NCBI GenBank assembly: GCA_020137815.1
Contig: CM035360.1
Location: 4,216,001-4,280,000 of the forward strand
Reading direction: 5' to 3'
Length of the DNA: 64,000 nt
DNA from: Hormiphora californensis
Taxonomy: Eukaryota > Animalia > Ctenophora
Shown: positions 1 through 12,529 of the stretch, piece by piece
Numbering within the stretch: position 1 is the stretch's first letter
How the letters are laid out: every line of letters starts with the position of its first letter
The notes under the pieces: model-generated
Databases searched by the model: none
The model's input: the letters and a program-made list of their open reading frames with translations, nothing else
What the model was told of the DNA's origin: nothing
Program-made: the position numbers and the translations under genes

Positions 1-155
1 ACTTAGAGAGAGTTTCAGTTATAGGGTTGCTATTATTGTTCACTATTTCCAGAGTTGGTAAATCTCTTTATAATATCATGTAGACTACTCAACAAAAAAG
101 ACCGCGATATGATTAAATTCTCTAATCTCTCTGCTAATATATATTATGCACCTAG

Positions 156-1932
156 GTCGCCCAGCAGATCTCGGACCCTCAGCTGCGAGAGTGGTGGTGA
201 CAGGGAGAGCAAGTTAGTTGCCCAAACCATGGCCTCACAGACTAACACCCACGTGGACAGATTGGCCCGATCTGGATCTGCTGCCAGCCTTGCCGTCGGT
301 AAGAGCTGGGTGGGTATCAGGGCAGGAACCGACCGAATCAGGAAATACTGGTCCCTGATTGGCTGATAACCAGTCACGTGACCTAAATAATGAGTTCCGA
401 TTGGTTGTTTACTTGTTTCGGTCGGTTCCTGGTACAGGCCGGGTGCAAGTATCACATGGGTATCACATGGGGCTATACACATAAATTAATTAATATCAAT
501 ATATTATTTTTAAGTTAATTCTTGTATCTAACCAGCCCGTACAAGTAGATTATGGGTACCATTCAGAGTAACAAAACATAACATGTGCAATACGGCGCTA
601 AAAAACACAAGCTATCTTATTTGAACTCCATGCATGCATGCATTGTTAATATCATCATGCCAAAACACTAAAGTTTCAAAAGTAAATACTCTGACTCAAC
701 TGTATATATTCTTCTGTGGAGCTGCTGCAGTGGAGGGTGATTTCTTAGAAAACCATGTGACCACCACTACCACCATATCTCCCATGAACTCTCTCTCTAT
801 CTCTCTCACACTCGTATGCTAATAGCATACGGGTGCGAGAGAGAGAGATTAATAGATATGGAGGTGGTGGTCACATGGTCTTCATAAGAACTTTGAGAAA
901 AATATAGCATATCTATATTAAAGTATTCAAGTTCAGGCTGAATGTAGACAATCAAATTTCGAAAGTAGCCAGGGCCCCACTATTTTGTGTTTGAATTTGA
1001 TTGCAATACCATTGCAATTTCAGGGCAAATTTCGAGTAGGTGGTAAAGCTTATTAAGGAATTAGAACACGAATAGCCTACAACACAAAACCTTATTTCTC
1101 TCAAAAAGTAAACCTCAGTTTACAATTCTCCTCTATTTCACAGTGTGACACACACTAAACCTCAGTTCACACATTCTCCCCCGTACATTTCACACTACTA
1201 CACCTCAATTAATTCTCCCCTGTATTTCACACTAAACCTCAATTAATCCCCCCCCCCGTGTTTCAGTGATGGCAAGTACCTACCCTAACGGGGGAGATGC
1301 TAACTTTGACTTGGAGGGAACAGCAGCCCGGATAAGTGAGGTCTGCAAGAGTTTGGGAGGCAGTGAGAGCAACCTCGCAACACCGGTTAGTGATTTGGTT
1401 AAAGAAATGAGGGCTGAATATCAATCTAATTACTACATATACACAAAATAGTACAACATATTGCTATTAACTCAACTCCCTCAAACAACTCTTTTCTCCC
1501 CCTACGAGACTCACAATGTTCTGGCAAAGAGATGGTTCCCCATCATCTTCCGTGCAACCTAGTCTGATCCCCTACAATAGAACTCCCTTCTCCTCTCCCC
1601 TCTCTCTCTCTCTCCCCAAAAACTGGCTATCAAATTCAACCATCACAAGATCATCAAATACCAATCCTGACTAAATCTCAGTCACCCTGAGATAGAAACA
1701 GTATAGGAACACGTGGAACCTAACTCGTGTGCCCTACAGAAATTGGGAGTACAAAATATAGAATAAAAAACCGGCACAGATCTCTGCTAGTATTTATATT
1801 ATAAGTAGCTGTCTCACATACCTGCCTTGGAGAGGAGCAAATCTCTTGCGCTCTCTCCATTCTTCGCTCCCCTGTGCAACTACTAATATATAGTTAGAAA
1901 TGGGGAATTTATGAATATATAAATTATAATCA

Positions 1933-2028
<96 letters not shown>

Positions 2029-4943
2029 CAATACAGTTTGCAGCAGCTAGTATAACAGCTGCAATAGCTAACAACACTAATGTTGTAATAGTAGATAAGA
2101 AGGGGTGGCAGCTTACTCAACAATGCATATATGGGAAGTTCTCTGCAGCTGTACTGTTTTTACTCCAAGAGAGAACGATATATACAATATAGTGTTGAGG
2201 AATAATATTTCTGGAATATATATATATATATATTCCTGGACATAACTTATGACTAAACAAACAAAAGGCCTGAGGGGAAATAATAGTATGGATAACAGCT
2301 CAAACAACCATTAGTCAAGGGTAAGCGGTAAATACTCACTCGGTTCTTCACATTTTTTGGACGTTTTTGGCCATAACTCAGCCATTTCTTGACCGATTTG
2401 CAAAATCTTAGGCTCATTGGAAAGAAGACATTAAGAGCTTTCCAATGAGCCCTAGAAAATGAAAATCGGCGCAAAATGCGCGGCGCTATGGCGAAAACGC
2501 GCATTTTACGCCATAACGCCGCGCATTTTGCGCCGATTTTCATTTTCTAGGGCTCATTGGAAAGCTCTTAATGTCTTCTTTCCAATGAGCCCAAGATTTT
2601 GCAAATCGGTCAAGAAATGGCTGAGTTATGGCCAAAAACGTCCAAAAAATGTGAAGAACCGAGTGAGTATTTACCGCTTACCTTAGTCAAGACTCTATCT
2701 CCATCTCCAGCTCTTTCAGCCTTTTTCTCATTTCTCATTCTTTCTTTCTCACTCTTTATTTCTTACTCTCTCTCTCTCTCTCTTTCACTCGCTTTCTCCC
2801 CATAGATTAAGGGGTGTGGTATAGAGCAGTGCCAGATCCCAATTTGATTCACCAGACAGTAAATTAACAAAATGCTAATTAGGTATAGCCTAACTATAGG
2901 ATGGTGAAGAAAGTGGTAAATTTTCAGAGTAAACCAAATCTCTAAACTTTTAAAATTCTCTAATAACTACATTGAAAATGCATTCATGGCAGCTTGACTC
3001 ACGCTACAGCTTTGCCCATTTTCATCAAACTTTGTCTTCGTAGAACTGAAAAATCGAAACAGGGAAGAGTTTTTCGGCTGTAATGGAATGTCGTAAAAAC
3101 CAGGTTGTTCGCCTTGAGAAGACGCAAATTTTGGTGTATAATAAATCTTATTTTGGTTTACATCTGCAGCCACAGGAGCCAAATACGTATTTGCAGAGTG
3201 GCCATCTTTGATGGGCCACAGTAACGAGAGCTTTTGATTAAATCACACAAACCCGGGACCAATTTGTAGCAAATCGATTGTATTTTATTAGTCTAGAAGC
3301 ACAAGATCATATCTTGTAAGGAAATATTTTTAAAATCTCTAGAAAGCGTAAAAAGTCGATAATCGCTGAAAAATGACAGTTTTTGCCGTTTTACGCAAAA
3401 ACGGCTACGTTTTCGATTTTAATTTTATGTTTTTCGGATTCCTCGGTCAAAAATACGTAATCTAGGTCCGGTCTCCAAAAAACTGTATCTAGTCGAGGTT
3501 TCACCGTGTAAACCGTTTACTAAACGTATCTGTATATTATACCGACACGTTATAAACTTCAGATTTTTATAACTTTTATTACTTTAGCTTGTAACCATGC
3601 CATACCATTTCCAGCCAAGACCACTTCTGATAACTGATTGTTATTCTTTCAGACAGTGAAGGTAACAAGAAGCCGCTCCATTAACTCTGCTTTGAATGTG
3701 ATACACTCTCCTGAGGCCAAGAACTCCCCTCGGCCATTCTTTATGAGCCAGGAGGGGGCTCCCCTCAAGATTAGAGTTACACCCGAAAAACGTTAGTTAT
3801 GAGTTAGTTTTTCAGCTATCAGGGCCGATATAACTGTCTAGCGGCGCCAGACCCCGATTAATCTAAGCGTGCGACAGTGCGCTCAGATGGGGTTTGTGGG
3901 GCCAGGCAGAGCCGATATATTTATATACGTTACATGATACATACGTATCCAAGTCAAGTCATACTACCCCCATTACCCCAATTATTTGCAGGTATGGGTG
4001 AACCACTAAAAGCCAAACCATCCCTACTGAGCTACAAGGAGCTGAAAGAACTGCAAGAAAAACTGAAAACAGCTGAGCTTGGTAGCTTTATCTCATACCG
4101 AGATTTGATCACCTGCCCCCGAAATAGGCTACCGTCCCATGTTGACAAACAGCAACTAGAGGTAAAACAGATACGAATTAGTTAGCGCCTAACTATAGCG
4201 GCTTTAGACTTAGCTTTGATTAATTGTAGTGCAAATGTAAACTTAACATTTGTACTACTAGCTAACTACTAAGTAAAGGGATGGTTAGAACATAACAAGT
4301 AGAAAGCTGTTGAAGGGTTAGCTACTACGAGTCCAAATCCCGGATATTGTGAACATTCTCACATGACAGAGACGAAAAAGTAGCTGAAACTTAAAAGGAG
4401 CTATGAAAAATCCTCCCCCGCGAACAAGAAAAATCCCCCGGTATATTGAATCAAATTTTCTAAAGACTTCTCCCACTTTATTTCTCCACAGAATTTAAAT
4501 TTTTGACAAATTACGCAAAGAAACTAGATTACATCATAATGTGGAAGACATTTTCTCCCAGTCTCAGGGCACTAAATGGTTCATACAGTCGGATCCCGAT
4601 TTACCTGGAATACTCCGGGGAAGTATATCCTTCCGGTATATCGGGGAATTCCGGTAATTCGGGGCCGGGTAAATCGGGGTCCGACTGTATTATAATTTGG
4701 GCGAATTTAAAAACTCGAGAAGATTTGAAGGCGCTATATTCCTTCCGTCGACACTGATCGATTCCTAACCAATTTCTGTTTTTTAATCCCTGGCCCATGG
4801 CTACGAACTAACTCAAACCTCTTTTCAGGACTACCTCTCAGGACGCCGAATTTGTGGACGTATTCCAAATGAATCGATCTGATTTTGACTCGCTGGCAAA
4901 ATGGAAGCGAATTCAACTGAAAAAGGATGTGCTATTGTTTTGA
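156..4943 (+). CDS. Villin-headpiece (VHP) domain protein, 3' portion; exons 156-298, 1267-1385, 3653-3791, 3992-4161, 4829-4943 (one extra G at 4841); 5' end outside window
   Basis: Phase-compatible GT-AG exons. The C-terminus reads LPSHVDKQQLE-DYLS-DAEFVDVFQMNRSDFDSLAKWKRIQLKKDVLLF*, matching the villin/dematin/ABLIM headpiece consensus (LP..VD...LE.YLS..EF..VF.M....F..L..WK...LKK...LF). Confidence 0.85.
323..431. mobile_element. Short MITE-like element in intron
   Basis: Terminal inverted repeats CAGGAACCGACCGAA / TTCGGTCGGTTCCTG; no clear TSD. Confidence 0.5.
743..887. mobile_element. Hairpin/MITE-like element
   Basis: Imperfect inverted arms ACCATGTGACCACCAC..CCATATCT / AGATATGG..GTGGTGGTCACATGGT. 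Confidence 0.45.
1937..2025. repeat. (CT)n microsatellite
   Basis: Direct reading; explains the spurious poly-ER ORFs. Confidence 0.95.
2320..2682. mobile_element. Palindromic foldback/Mutator-like non-autonomous DNA transposon
   Basis: Almost the whole 363 bp is an inverted repeat (GGTAAGCGGTAAATACTC...GAGTATTTACCGCTTACC), flanked by the 9-bp direct repeat TTAGTCAAG at 2311-2319 and 2683-2691. Confidence 0.85.
4586..4687. mobile_element. Tc1/mariner(pogo)-type MITE, short copy
   Basis: TIRs CAGTCGGA(T/C)CCCGATTTA..., TA on both sides; same family as 40649-41499 and 29896-32268. Confidence 0.8.
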
Positions 4944-5255
4944 AGCTATTTATCGAAGGAAGATAATAGAAGGAAGAGACTGCAAATGCACACTATAGAT
5001 TGAGATATTTTCATTATGTGAAACAAAAGAAACATGTAGCAAGTCTTATTTTGGGCTGTTATTGAAAATGAAAGTCGTTGCCTAACGAAAAATACCCTAT
5101 TAGTAATGTTGAGTTTAGTTTATTTTGTTATTAACTACGTTAATATGTGAGTACCGTGTTATTGTGTAAATAATCTTATTATTTTCCCCCAAACAAAACA
5201 TTAGACAATTTTAAGTTTGAATTAAAACGGCAAATAAATTGGAATTTAAAAATCT

Positions 5256-6503
5256 TTAAGCCTTGTTAAGGTGGGACATTCCATCAAATGCTGCAAAGAT
5301 GTGCTGGTATTGAGTCTTCAGCTTCTCTTTGGCTGCATTTAGCACCAGTTCAGGGTCACACTTGGCCTGTCCAGCCTCGATCTTTTCAATCAAAGCCTCA
5401 ATAATCAGTTTCTCGGCCTGTACAACTACCTTGCTGAAATCTGAGGTTCCCTTAATGCTAGCCAGGAAGGCGTTGGTACACTCAGGAAGATAGGGACAGG
5501 GCTTCCAGACTATCTCGTTGGCTTCGAACTTGTTCAGCTCCTGCTCTCGGGCCTTCAGGCTCGCTTCCAGGGAAGCGAGGTGGAAAGACTGCTTCCTGGA
5601 TTTTGTGGGGGATCCGAAGAAGTTCTTTTTGGCCAGGGTGAATTTCTTGGGTGGGCTGACACTGCTCAGTCCAAGGGCGGCCAACTCATCATCAGAGTCT
5701 GAATCAGATTGGACAATTGGATCAGCAAAGAATGATTTCTTGATCTTGGGCTTGAAGGGCGAGGGTGCCTTGTAGGGTGAGGGGGATTTGCAGGGAGAGG
5801 ACAACTTGCAGGGAGAGGCACACTTTGAGGGGGAACCAAAGAAGTTCTTTTTGGCCAGGGTGAATTTCTTGGTTGGTAGAGGGACATCTTCATCACTGCT
5901 ATCAAGATTGATATCACCGAATTTCTTGGGAGAGGCTAGAGCAAACATGGCCTTTGCAACAGCCTGTTTAACCTCAGGTGCCTTATAGCCAGCTGATTTG
6001 ATAACTTTCTTGGGGGATGGAACTTTCTGCTTGAGGGGAGATCTGGTAGGCTCATCAGCTCCAGCAAGGAGCTTCCTCAGCTTCTTCTTACCCTTGGCTT
6101 TCTTGGCAAAGGCTCTGATGAAGGCCAGCTCCCCCTCATTGTTGAAAACAGTCAGGGATGGAGAGCTCATGAAATCATCGGTCTCATAAGAACTGATACT
6201 CTCAACCAGAGAGTCTGTCTCCAGGTTTAGTTTCCTTGTAGCAGTCTTGTACCCTTTCATCAGCTGAGCCTGAGCCCGGGGGGTCATGGCTTCTTTCTGC
6301 TGTTCGGCCAGCTGCTCAGCCTCGGCTTCAAGTCTCATGGCCTTGAGAACGGGATCTTCAGCGTAGAAGTCGTCTTTTTCAGCCATGTACTTGTGGTGAT
6401 CGTAATCTCCTTGGTCGTCTTCCCAGCCCATGGGAGTCATGTATCGGTAACTGCCGGCAGGTCCGGGGGTGAAACACTCGTCGATAGATTCGCTGTCAGA
6501 CAT
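5256..6503 (-). CDS. Uncharacterised 415-aa protein: acidic N-terminus, Lys/Ser/Pro-rich middle with many S/T-P-x-K sites and a duplicated KKFTLAKKNFFGSP motif; intronless CDS
   Basis: Long ORF starting MSDSESIDEC at 6503. It is preceded by a 5'UTR intron (gtgagt ~6621 to cacag ~6524) and a TATA-like CTATAAATA at ~6692-6700 on the minus strand. Confidence 0.8.
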   Translation of the reverse strand: MSDSESIDECFTPGPAGSYRYMTPMGWEDDQGDYDHHKYMAEKDDFYAEDPVLKAMRLEAEAEQLAEQQKEAMTPRAQAQLMKGYKTATRKLNLETDSLVESISSYETDDFMSSPSLTVFNNEGELAFIRAFAKKAKGKKKLRKLLAGADEPTRSPLKQKVPSPKKVIKSAGYKAPEVKQAVAKAMFALASPKKFGDINLDSSDEDVPLPTKKFTLAKKNFFGSPSKCASPCKLSSPCKSPSPYKAPSPFKPKIKKSFFADPIVQSDSDSDDELAALGLSSVSPPKKFTLAKKNFFGSPTKSRKQSFHLASLEASLKAREQELNKFEANEIVWKPCPYLPECTNAFLASIKGTSDFSKVVVQAEKLIIEALIEKIEAGQAKCDPELVLNAAKEKLKTQYQHIFAAFDGMSHLNKA

Positions 6504-7238
6504 CGTGGTGAGGTGTAGTGGACCTGTGAGATGAGAAGTGTGTGTGAGAATCAAAGCTGAATTGTGTTAAGTTGATTGGATGGGACATGGGAAGTGAAGT
6601 GGTAAAACTAAAAGGTACTCACCAAATGTGGTTGAACGGAGAGCGTGGAAAATAAAATCTCGGGAAGTGGCGCTCGCCAGAACTGCACGGGTATTTATAG
6701 ATCTGTTCACTCCGTTGCAAAGTTATTTTCAACAGAGGGTGTCACACGTGCAAAAAGGGCGATCTGGGACGAGAAACCATGGTGACCTGAGACACCCCAA
6801 TTGTATGCTTCCTTCCATGACTGTCTGGCGCCACCCATGACATTGTACTCTGATCGGATCGGCACCGCCAAATACTGTCTGGCAGACAGTCCCACAATGA
6901 CATCAGTTAACATTAAAAGGACTGTCAAGTTTCAAGGAAATCTCCTTTCTGAGAACAAAAGGAGAAAATCGGTACTTTTCTCTTGAAAGTTGAAAGCCCC
7001 TTCTACCAACAAATTATAAAACGCAGCAAATTATGTTTTTGTAAAAGGGTTGAATATACACTTTTTACATGGTACAAACACTTACACACGCACACCAACA
7101 TATGGTCTCTAAAATTGCAAATATATAGCTTTCTAAAGTGTCCGTACTCTTTCATTCTCGCCCCTTTTAATTCTGTCTCCCTTCTCACATCTTGTCTTCA
7201 TCGGTTCCAGACCTCAAAACACTTTAAACCTTTAAAAC

Positions 7239-9949
7239 TCTGAAAAGAAGGATATTGTTGTTTTAAGTTCGGATATAGAAAGAAAATAAGTTAACTGACC
7301 AATTCGAGTGCAATTAACACCAACTTACCATAATTTGTCCGCATGGATTGCTCGGATAGATTCGATCGTCGAGGCAGGGTATTTCGAAGCGTTTGCCTCA
7401 AGATACTTCAAAACGTACAAGTCACAATCTGAAAAGAAAAAGCAGGGGTCAGAAATTATGTCGAGTGTACAAAATGTATAAAATGTGTCAATAATTTGTG
7501 TATAGCAGCGCGTGTGAAGTACTGTTGCCAAGGGAACGTACACAAATAGAGCTGCAAACAGTGCTGGCGCGGTGATGTTTCATCTTGCGCGCGGATCAAA
7601 TAACTAGTGATAGCCGCGCACACGCGACTAGCAAACGTAAAGCTTACAGTCGAGGGAGTGGGGTATCAAATCACAATTTTCACTTACCAACAATCTTGAA
7701 TTTCCGAGAGAGAATTTCGATCGTTGATCCAATTGCAAAGTCGGCGGGGGTATAGTACTCCGGGTTATCAATTGAAGTTCCTGGTTTTCGAACTTGACAG
7801 TACTCCATAAATCGGCCCTCGATAATACCAGCATTCCTAAAGAAGAAATCAATCAAATTTCGGAACTCTCACTGCTGAGATTTAGAAAGCAGAGATAAAA
7901 CATTTAAAAACAACAATTAGTACCTTTGGTGAGGCTCATAGATCTGCATCTCATCTTTAGCGAGACTGTAGGAAATGATAAACTTCCTGTTTTTGTCTTC
8001 AGGGGTGGGGAGATTCCTGGGGAAGGGTCAGTTTTAGAAATCTACTTGATCTATAATGCTTTTAAATGAACAGGAAATGAAATCTATTTTGTTTCTAACT
8101 TACCATGACAGCAGCATATCGCAGGATCTTTAGTCCATTCTCCAACATCTTCATAACATCTTTTTTGGGTGGGTGAGCAATAAGGGACAGGCAGTTCTGT
8201 TTTGAATCCTGAGGACTACCGAAACCATTATAAGGAGGAATCTCCCTCTTAACCTCAATTTTCCTCTCCCCAAGTTCCACAGGAACGGGGTTAAAGGTGA
8301 TTCCGTATTGTTGTTGGAAGTAGTAGTGGGTGAAATCGTCACAGCCATACAGGAAGAATGGTCGATCCATGATGTTCACTGTTTCTCCAACTTTGAGATC
8401 TTTGTCAGTGATCCATTCGGTGATTTCGTGCTCGGAAATCTCCATCACAGCGCTTGGGAAGTTGCCTGCAAAACAAGTATTATTAGTTAAGCTAATTCAG
8501 AATAATTAAAAGAAAATAGAAATATCTTTTGAGAGAGAAATAGCCGATGTCTTTTGAGAGAGGGTGTCGGGAGAGGGAAGAAAGAGCTCTTACCAGGAAT
8601 AGATCCTCGACATCTGGGGATCTTCTTTCGGCCAATCAGCACAGGGAACGGATCATGTCCATCATTGGGATTCCTCTGTTCCCTCACTTCAATGGTATCA
8701 TCAACCCTGGGGGAAATCGGTGTTGTCAAAAAAGTAAAAACATGATAATTTAGGGAGGTTATAATGGTCTCGATTTTTGTGTCAGGTTCCCCCCCCTCCC
8801 CCTTCAAACGAGTGACCTAACCTGTAGTAATGGAGAGTATAAGATCGCATCTCTCCGAACATGTTGTTCCTATCATCCCACACGGCATAAAACCTCAGAA
8901 CCTGTCTATCCAGTGTGATAAACTGCTTCAGCTTATCAAAGGTAGGAGGGGTGACGTAGGAATGTTTGGGTTCATTCCGTGAGAGGGTGTAGGGATCGTG
9001 TGGACAATCTTCATCAGGGTTCAGCATTATACCCTCACTCTGCATGAATTCTTTGGTATAGTTGTTGCAGTTGCAGATATGGAAGGTTTTCCCGTAAAAT
9101 ACCTACAGTCATTTCCAATGTTCAAGTCTTTCCATAACCAGTGCTCTCCTGATACAATGGATTGTTAGTTTTGTTTGGTCCCGTTTAGACTACTCATTGA
9201 TGGACTGCTATCAGTATATTACCCCTATATCACACAGTCAATTAATACCGATGTACATAGCAAGCTGAATCTAGGTAAAACCTCTTACCCTGATCGTTCT
9301 TGGGGAGTCGTTGCCGTTTGATGAGTTTTCCTTGTGGAATTCCGCTGTTTTCCACAATTGGCTCCACAACACTGATACTATCATCCTCAAGGTAGTAGTA
9401 AATCTTGACAGGTCGAACCCGGAAATACTCCTTCTCACTTTCGTTCAGGTTTTGTTTAAAGTAAGCGTTAAACAGAAGAACCTGGGAAGATGGTGTACTA
9501 GTGAAACTGGGGGTCTAAGTAAAAGGATATTAATATTATGAATGAGATCTGATCAGGATTAGGTTACTCAAAATATCAATCCTGAGTAACCAGGGAAACT
9601 ATCCCTTACCTTTTTATCAAAAGCAACATGGGCTGGAACAAAGGTTTGAGGTGGCTCGGGTTTGGACTGTCCGTATGTTAGGCTAGGGTTCATATTGGCC
9701 AGTTCATCAATATCGGCATCAGTCAGACCCGCGACATCGCCCGATTTGGGAACCGTGAATCCATTCTTGTAGGTTAGAGTTTGACTCCTAGTCAGGGAAC
9801 TTTGGGTTCAGTACTGCTGCACTAGGAGCGGAATCAATTTCGATAAAACATGAAAAATTAAAGTCTTGTTACCTGTGAAATCGGGACTTTGCGGGGTCGG
9901 TGAAGGTATACCCGGGAAGAAAAGGTAGGGCTGTCGAGGAATCACCCAT
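7239..9949 (-). CDS. EFHC1: EFHC1/Rib72 ciliary microtubule inner protein (three DM10 domains), multi-exon; two extra bases at 9107 and 9103
   Basis: Spliced translation gives [106 protein letters not shown]: the hallmark EFHC1 DM10 motifs. Confidence 0.93.
7524..7537. promoter_or_regulatory. Candidate RFX X-box in EFHC1 intron
   Basis: GTTGCCAAGGGAAC fits the X-box consensus GTTRCC-N2-RGNAAC and lies in a GCGC-rich patch. Confidence 0.4.
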
Positions 9950-10247
9950 GCTATGTAGAAAGAGGGTTATTTAGGGGATGAACGCAGTAAGATAATAAGG
10001 GGATAAGATAGGATGTAGGGGATTATATTTAGCAGGGAATTTGAGAAATGTCTATTCATGGCGTGAATGAAGGTCTCGCTTCTAAAAACATAAAACAGTA
10101 GCACACGCACACACATTTGAACATATTTGTTGATATTTACAGTGTCTCATCATTATTATCATTCTCAAATTTCCTTCTAAACCCACCCCCGGGCAGCTCC
10201 CTCCTTGTCTCATGTCTCTCTCCCATATCCCAACTGGAGATGTGATT

Positions 10248-12080
10248 CTAGTGAGTAATGAGCGATGTTTGGGGCTTCATTGCCCGTCTGGCGACCTCGT
10301 TGATGTACTTTGTCGGTACTCCCGCTCCCTGGAGCTCATCCAGCTTCTTCTTTTTGATCTCATCCAACCTCCTCCTTCTCTCCTGGGCTTCCTGGTCCAA
10401 CTTGATACCCTCCTCGAAGAACATCTGCCGAGAGTGGATCATATCCTTTTCTTTTTCCTTGATCTGCTTCCTCACCTCCTCTGCATGGTGGAGTTTCTTG
10501 GACCGGGCGTCACGGTCCTTCACCTCTTCCTGTCGCTGTCCCTCCTGTTGAACAGCTAGCACTCGTTCGAACTCCTGGCGCTCTCGTTGGGCCTCGATAG
10601 CAAGGAAGTGTTCACGCATTTGAACCTGTAATGGAAAGTTGTTAAAACTATTTTTTTATTCTAAGAGGTCTGAGCGTGTATAAAAATGCTGATATTACAT
10701 TATGTGACGTCACAACGACATCTTACCTGGTGATTTCTGGCCTTCTTCAAATGTGCCTCCGTCTCAGACTTTTTGTGTGCCACCTCCTTGTCCTTCTTTC
10801 TCTGTTCTCGTTCAACCTAAAACCGGGGGTAGTTCGGTTAAAATACTAATCAAGAATTTAAAAAGGAGGCGGTAAAAAATTATTGCTGAAATTCATGATT
10901 ACTACTACTCCAGGATTTAGTATCAACAAACAAACAAACAAACAAACAAGTACCCACCTCTTCCTGAATTCTCTTGGCCCTCAGAGCATCCTTCTCAGCC
11001 TGCTGATCCTTAGCACGCTCCTGGAGAGCCCTCATGTGTGCGATCTCCTTCTCTTTCTCAATCTTCTGCTTCTCAAGCTCAGTCTGGTATGCAATCTCTC
11101 GGGCCTCCTTCTCCTTCAGATATTCCATAACCTTGAGTTCTTGGAGTTTCTCCTGACGTGACCTCTCATCCTTCTGTCGTCTGATTTCCTCGTTAGCAGT
11201 AGCAACATCTGCCATTATCTTCTGCTGGCTATCCTTCTTCTTCTCCAGCTGTGAGATATCCTCCATTTGGAGTTTCTCAAGATACCTCAACATTGCGAGT
11301 TTCTCTTGTTCCCGTTTCTCGTCCTCTAAAATCCTGCGTTGTTCATTTTCATTGATCTGTTTCTTGATGATATTAGCACCCTCCACCTGTTTGTACTGTC
11401 TCTCCATCTCCCTCTTCTCATAGTGTTGCATCTTCCTCAACCGGTCTATTTCCATCATCTCATCGAGACGTTTGTTTTCCAGCTCTAGTTCACCTTGAAT
11501 TTCTTGTTTTTCCCTCAGTTGAGCATCTCGGATGGCATGACACTTGGCATTCAGTATGATCTCGTTTAGTTTTTTGATCTCATCCTCCTGTTCGTTCAGC
11601 TGCTCCTCGGCCTTGGCCAGTAGGACCTTGCTCTTGTCCTTTCCTTCTTTCTCCAACTCTGAAGGCTTCTCTCTCTTCATCCTTTGGGCCTCCATCTCGG
11701 ACATGAAATTCTTCCTGCTCTGAGCGGCACTCTGGTCTGCTTCCTTCTGGGCCTTGATGGCCCTCAACCTCTCCTGCTTTCTCTGCAGCAGTTAGCACAC
11801 GAGATGCCTCCTTAATCCTGTCATACTGAACTGTATTTAGAATGATGCTTCTCTCGGTGGGGTCCTTTTCCGGGACCTTGATTTTCCTGATAAGATCCTT
11901 GGTAATCACGGACACCTCAGGTTTTTTGGGTGCCGCAGAGGGCTTGGAAGCCTTCTTGGATTTCTGGGGTGAACCGAATAGGGTCTCGTCGACGCCGCTG
12001 TAACGGGATACGGTTCGGTAACGGGCGGTTTTGACGTTTCCGCCCGCCGACCGCATGGACTCTCGGGATGCTAAAGACAT
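10248..12080 (-). CDS. CFAP45: CFAP45 (CCDC19), trichoplein/TPH coiled-coil axonemal protein; exons 12080-10958 (extra base 11777), 10816-10727, 10625-10248
   Basis: Motifs RYRT..S.VDETLFG, VITKDLIRKI, EQEDEIKKLNEIILNAKCHAIRDAQ, QQAEKDALRAKR, KKKLDELQGAGVPTKYINE; GT-AG phase-0 introns. Confidence 0.93.
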
Positions 12081-12101
12081 GACTGGGGGATCTAGTTCAT
12101 G

Positions 12102-12129
12102 CTAAAGAGAGGGGGAGAATGTGTTAGTA
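12102..12129 (-). promoter_or_regulatory. Unpaired 3' splice site (candidate trans-splice acceptor) upstream of CFAP45
   Basis: TACTAACacattctccccctctcTTTAG, very similar in layout to the CC2D2A acceptor. Confidence 0.5.
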
Positions 12130-12529
12130 AAACCGATCCTGGAGGGGTATGGATTAATAGTTAATAGAGGGGGTTAGGGATTCTATAGTTGGGGATAGAG
12201 AAACACAGATTGGATATATGAGCATGGTCAATAAAAAACTTGTCAAATATAGCTGAAATCATTCCGCACACATAATTACACACGAACAGACTGCAAAAAA
12301 ACACACACACACACACAAACATGATGAATCCTGCACCAATACACTTTCACTCAACAATTCCCACAATTACACTCAGCGAACACAGATACATATCAAAACT
12401 AAACGTTGTCATAATAATTATACCAAAAATGGTATGCAGTGTCTAATAAAGGAAATAATACACAACTGTACAAAACGCAACCGTATACCAGCAGTCAGCA
12501 GCTTAAAAACATTGCCTAGAGTCCCGAAA

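Noticed and set aside
1822-1880. Possible isolated minus-strand exon (tag|TTGCACAGG...GGCAG|gtatgt)
   Set aside because: No partner exons or recognisable protein found.
2253-2686. Nearly identical ORFs on both strands (MKIGAKCAALWRK...)
   Set aside because: Consequence of the palindromic transposon; non-ATG starts, no protein features.
2807-3555. Probable additional DNA-transposon remnants (also ~24730-25240, ~38045-38830, ~44780-46140)
   Set aside because: Composition suggests repeats, but termini and TSDs could not be defined from this window alone.
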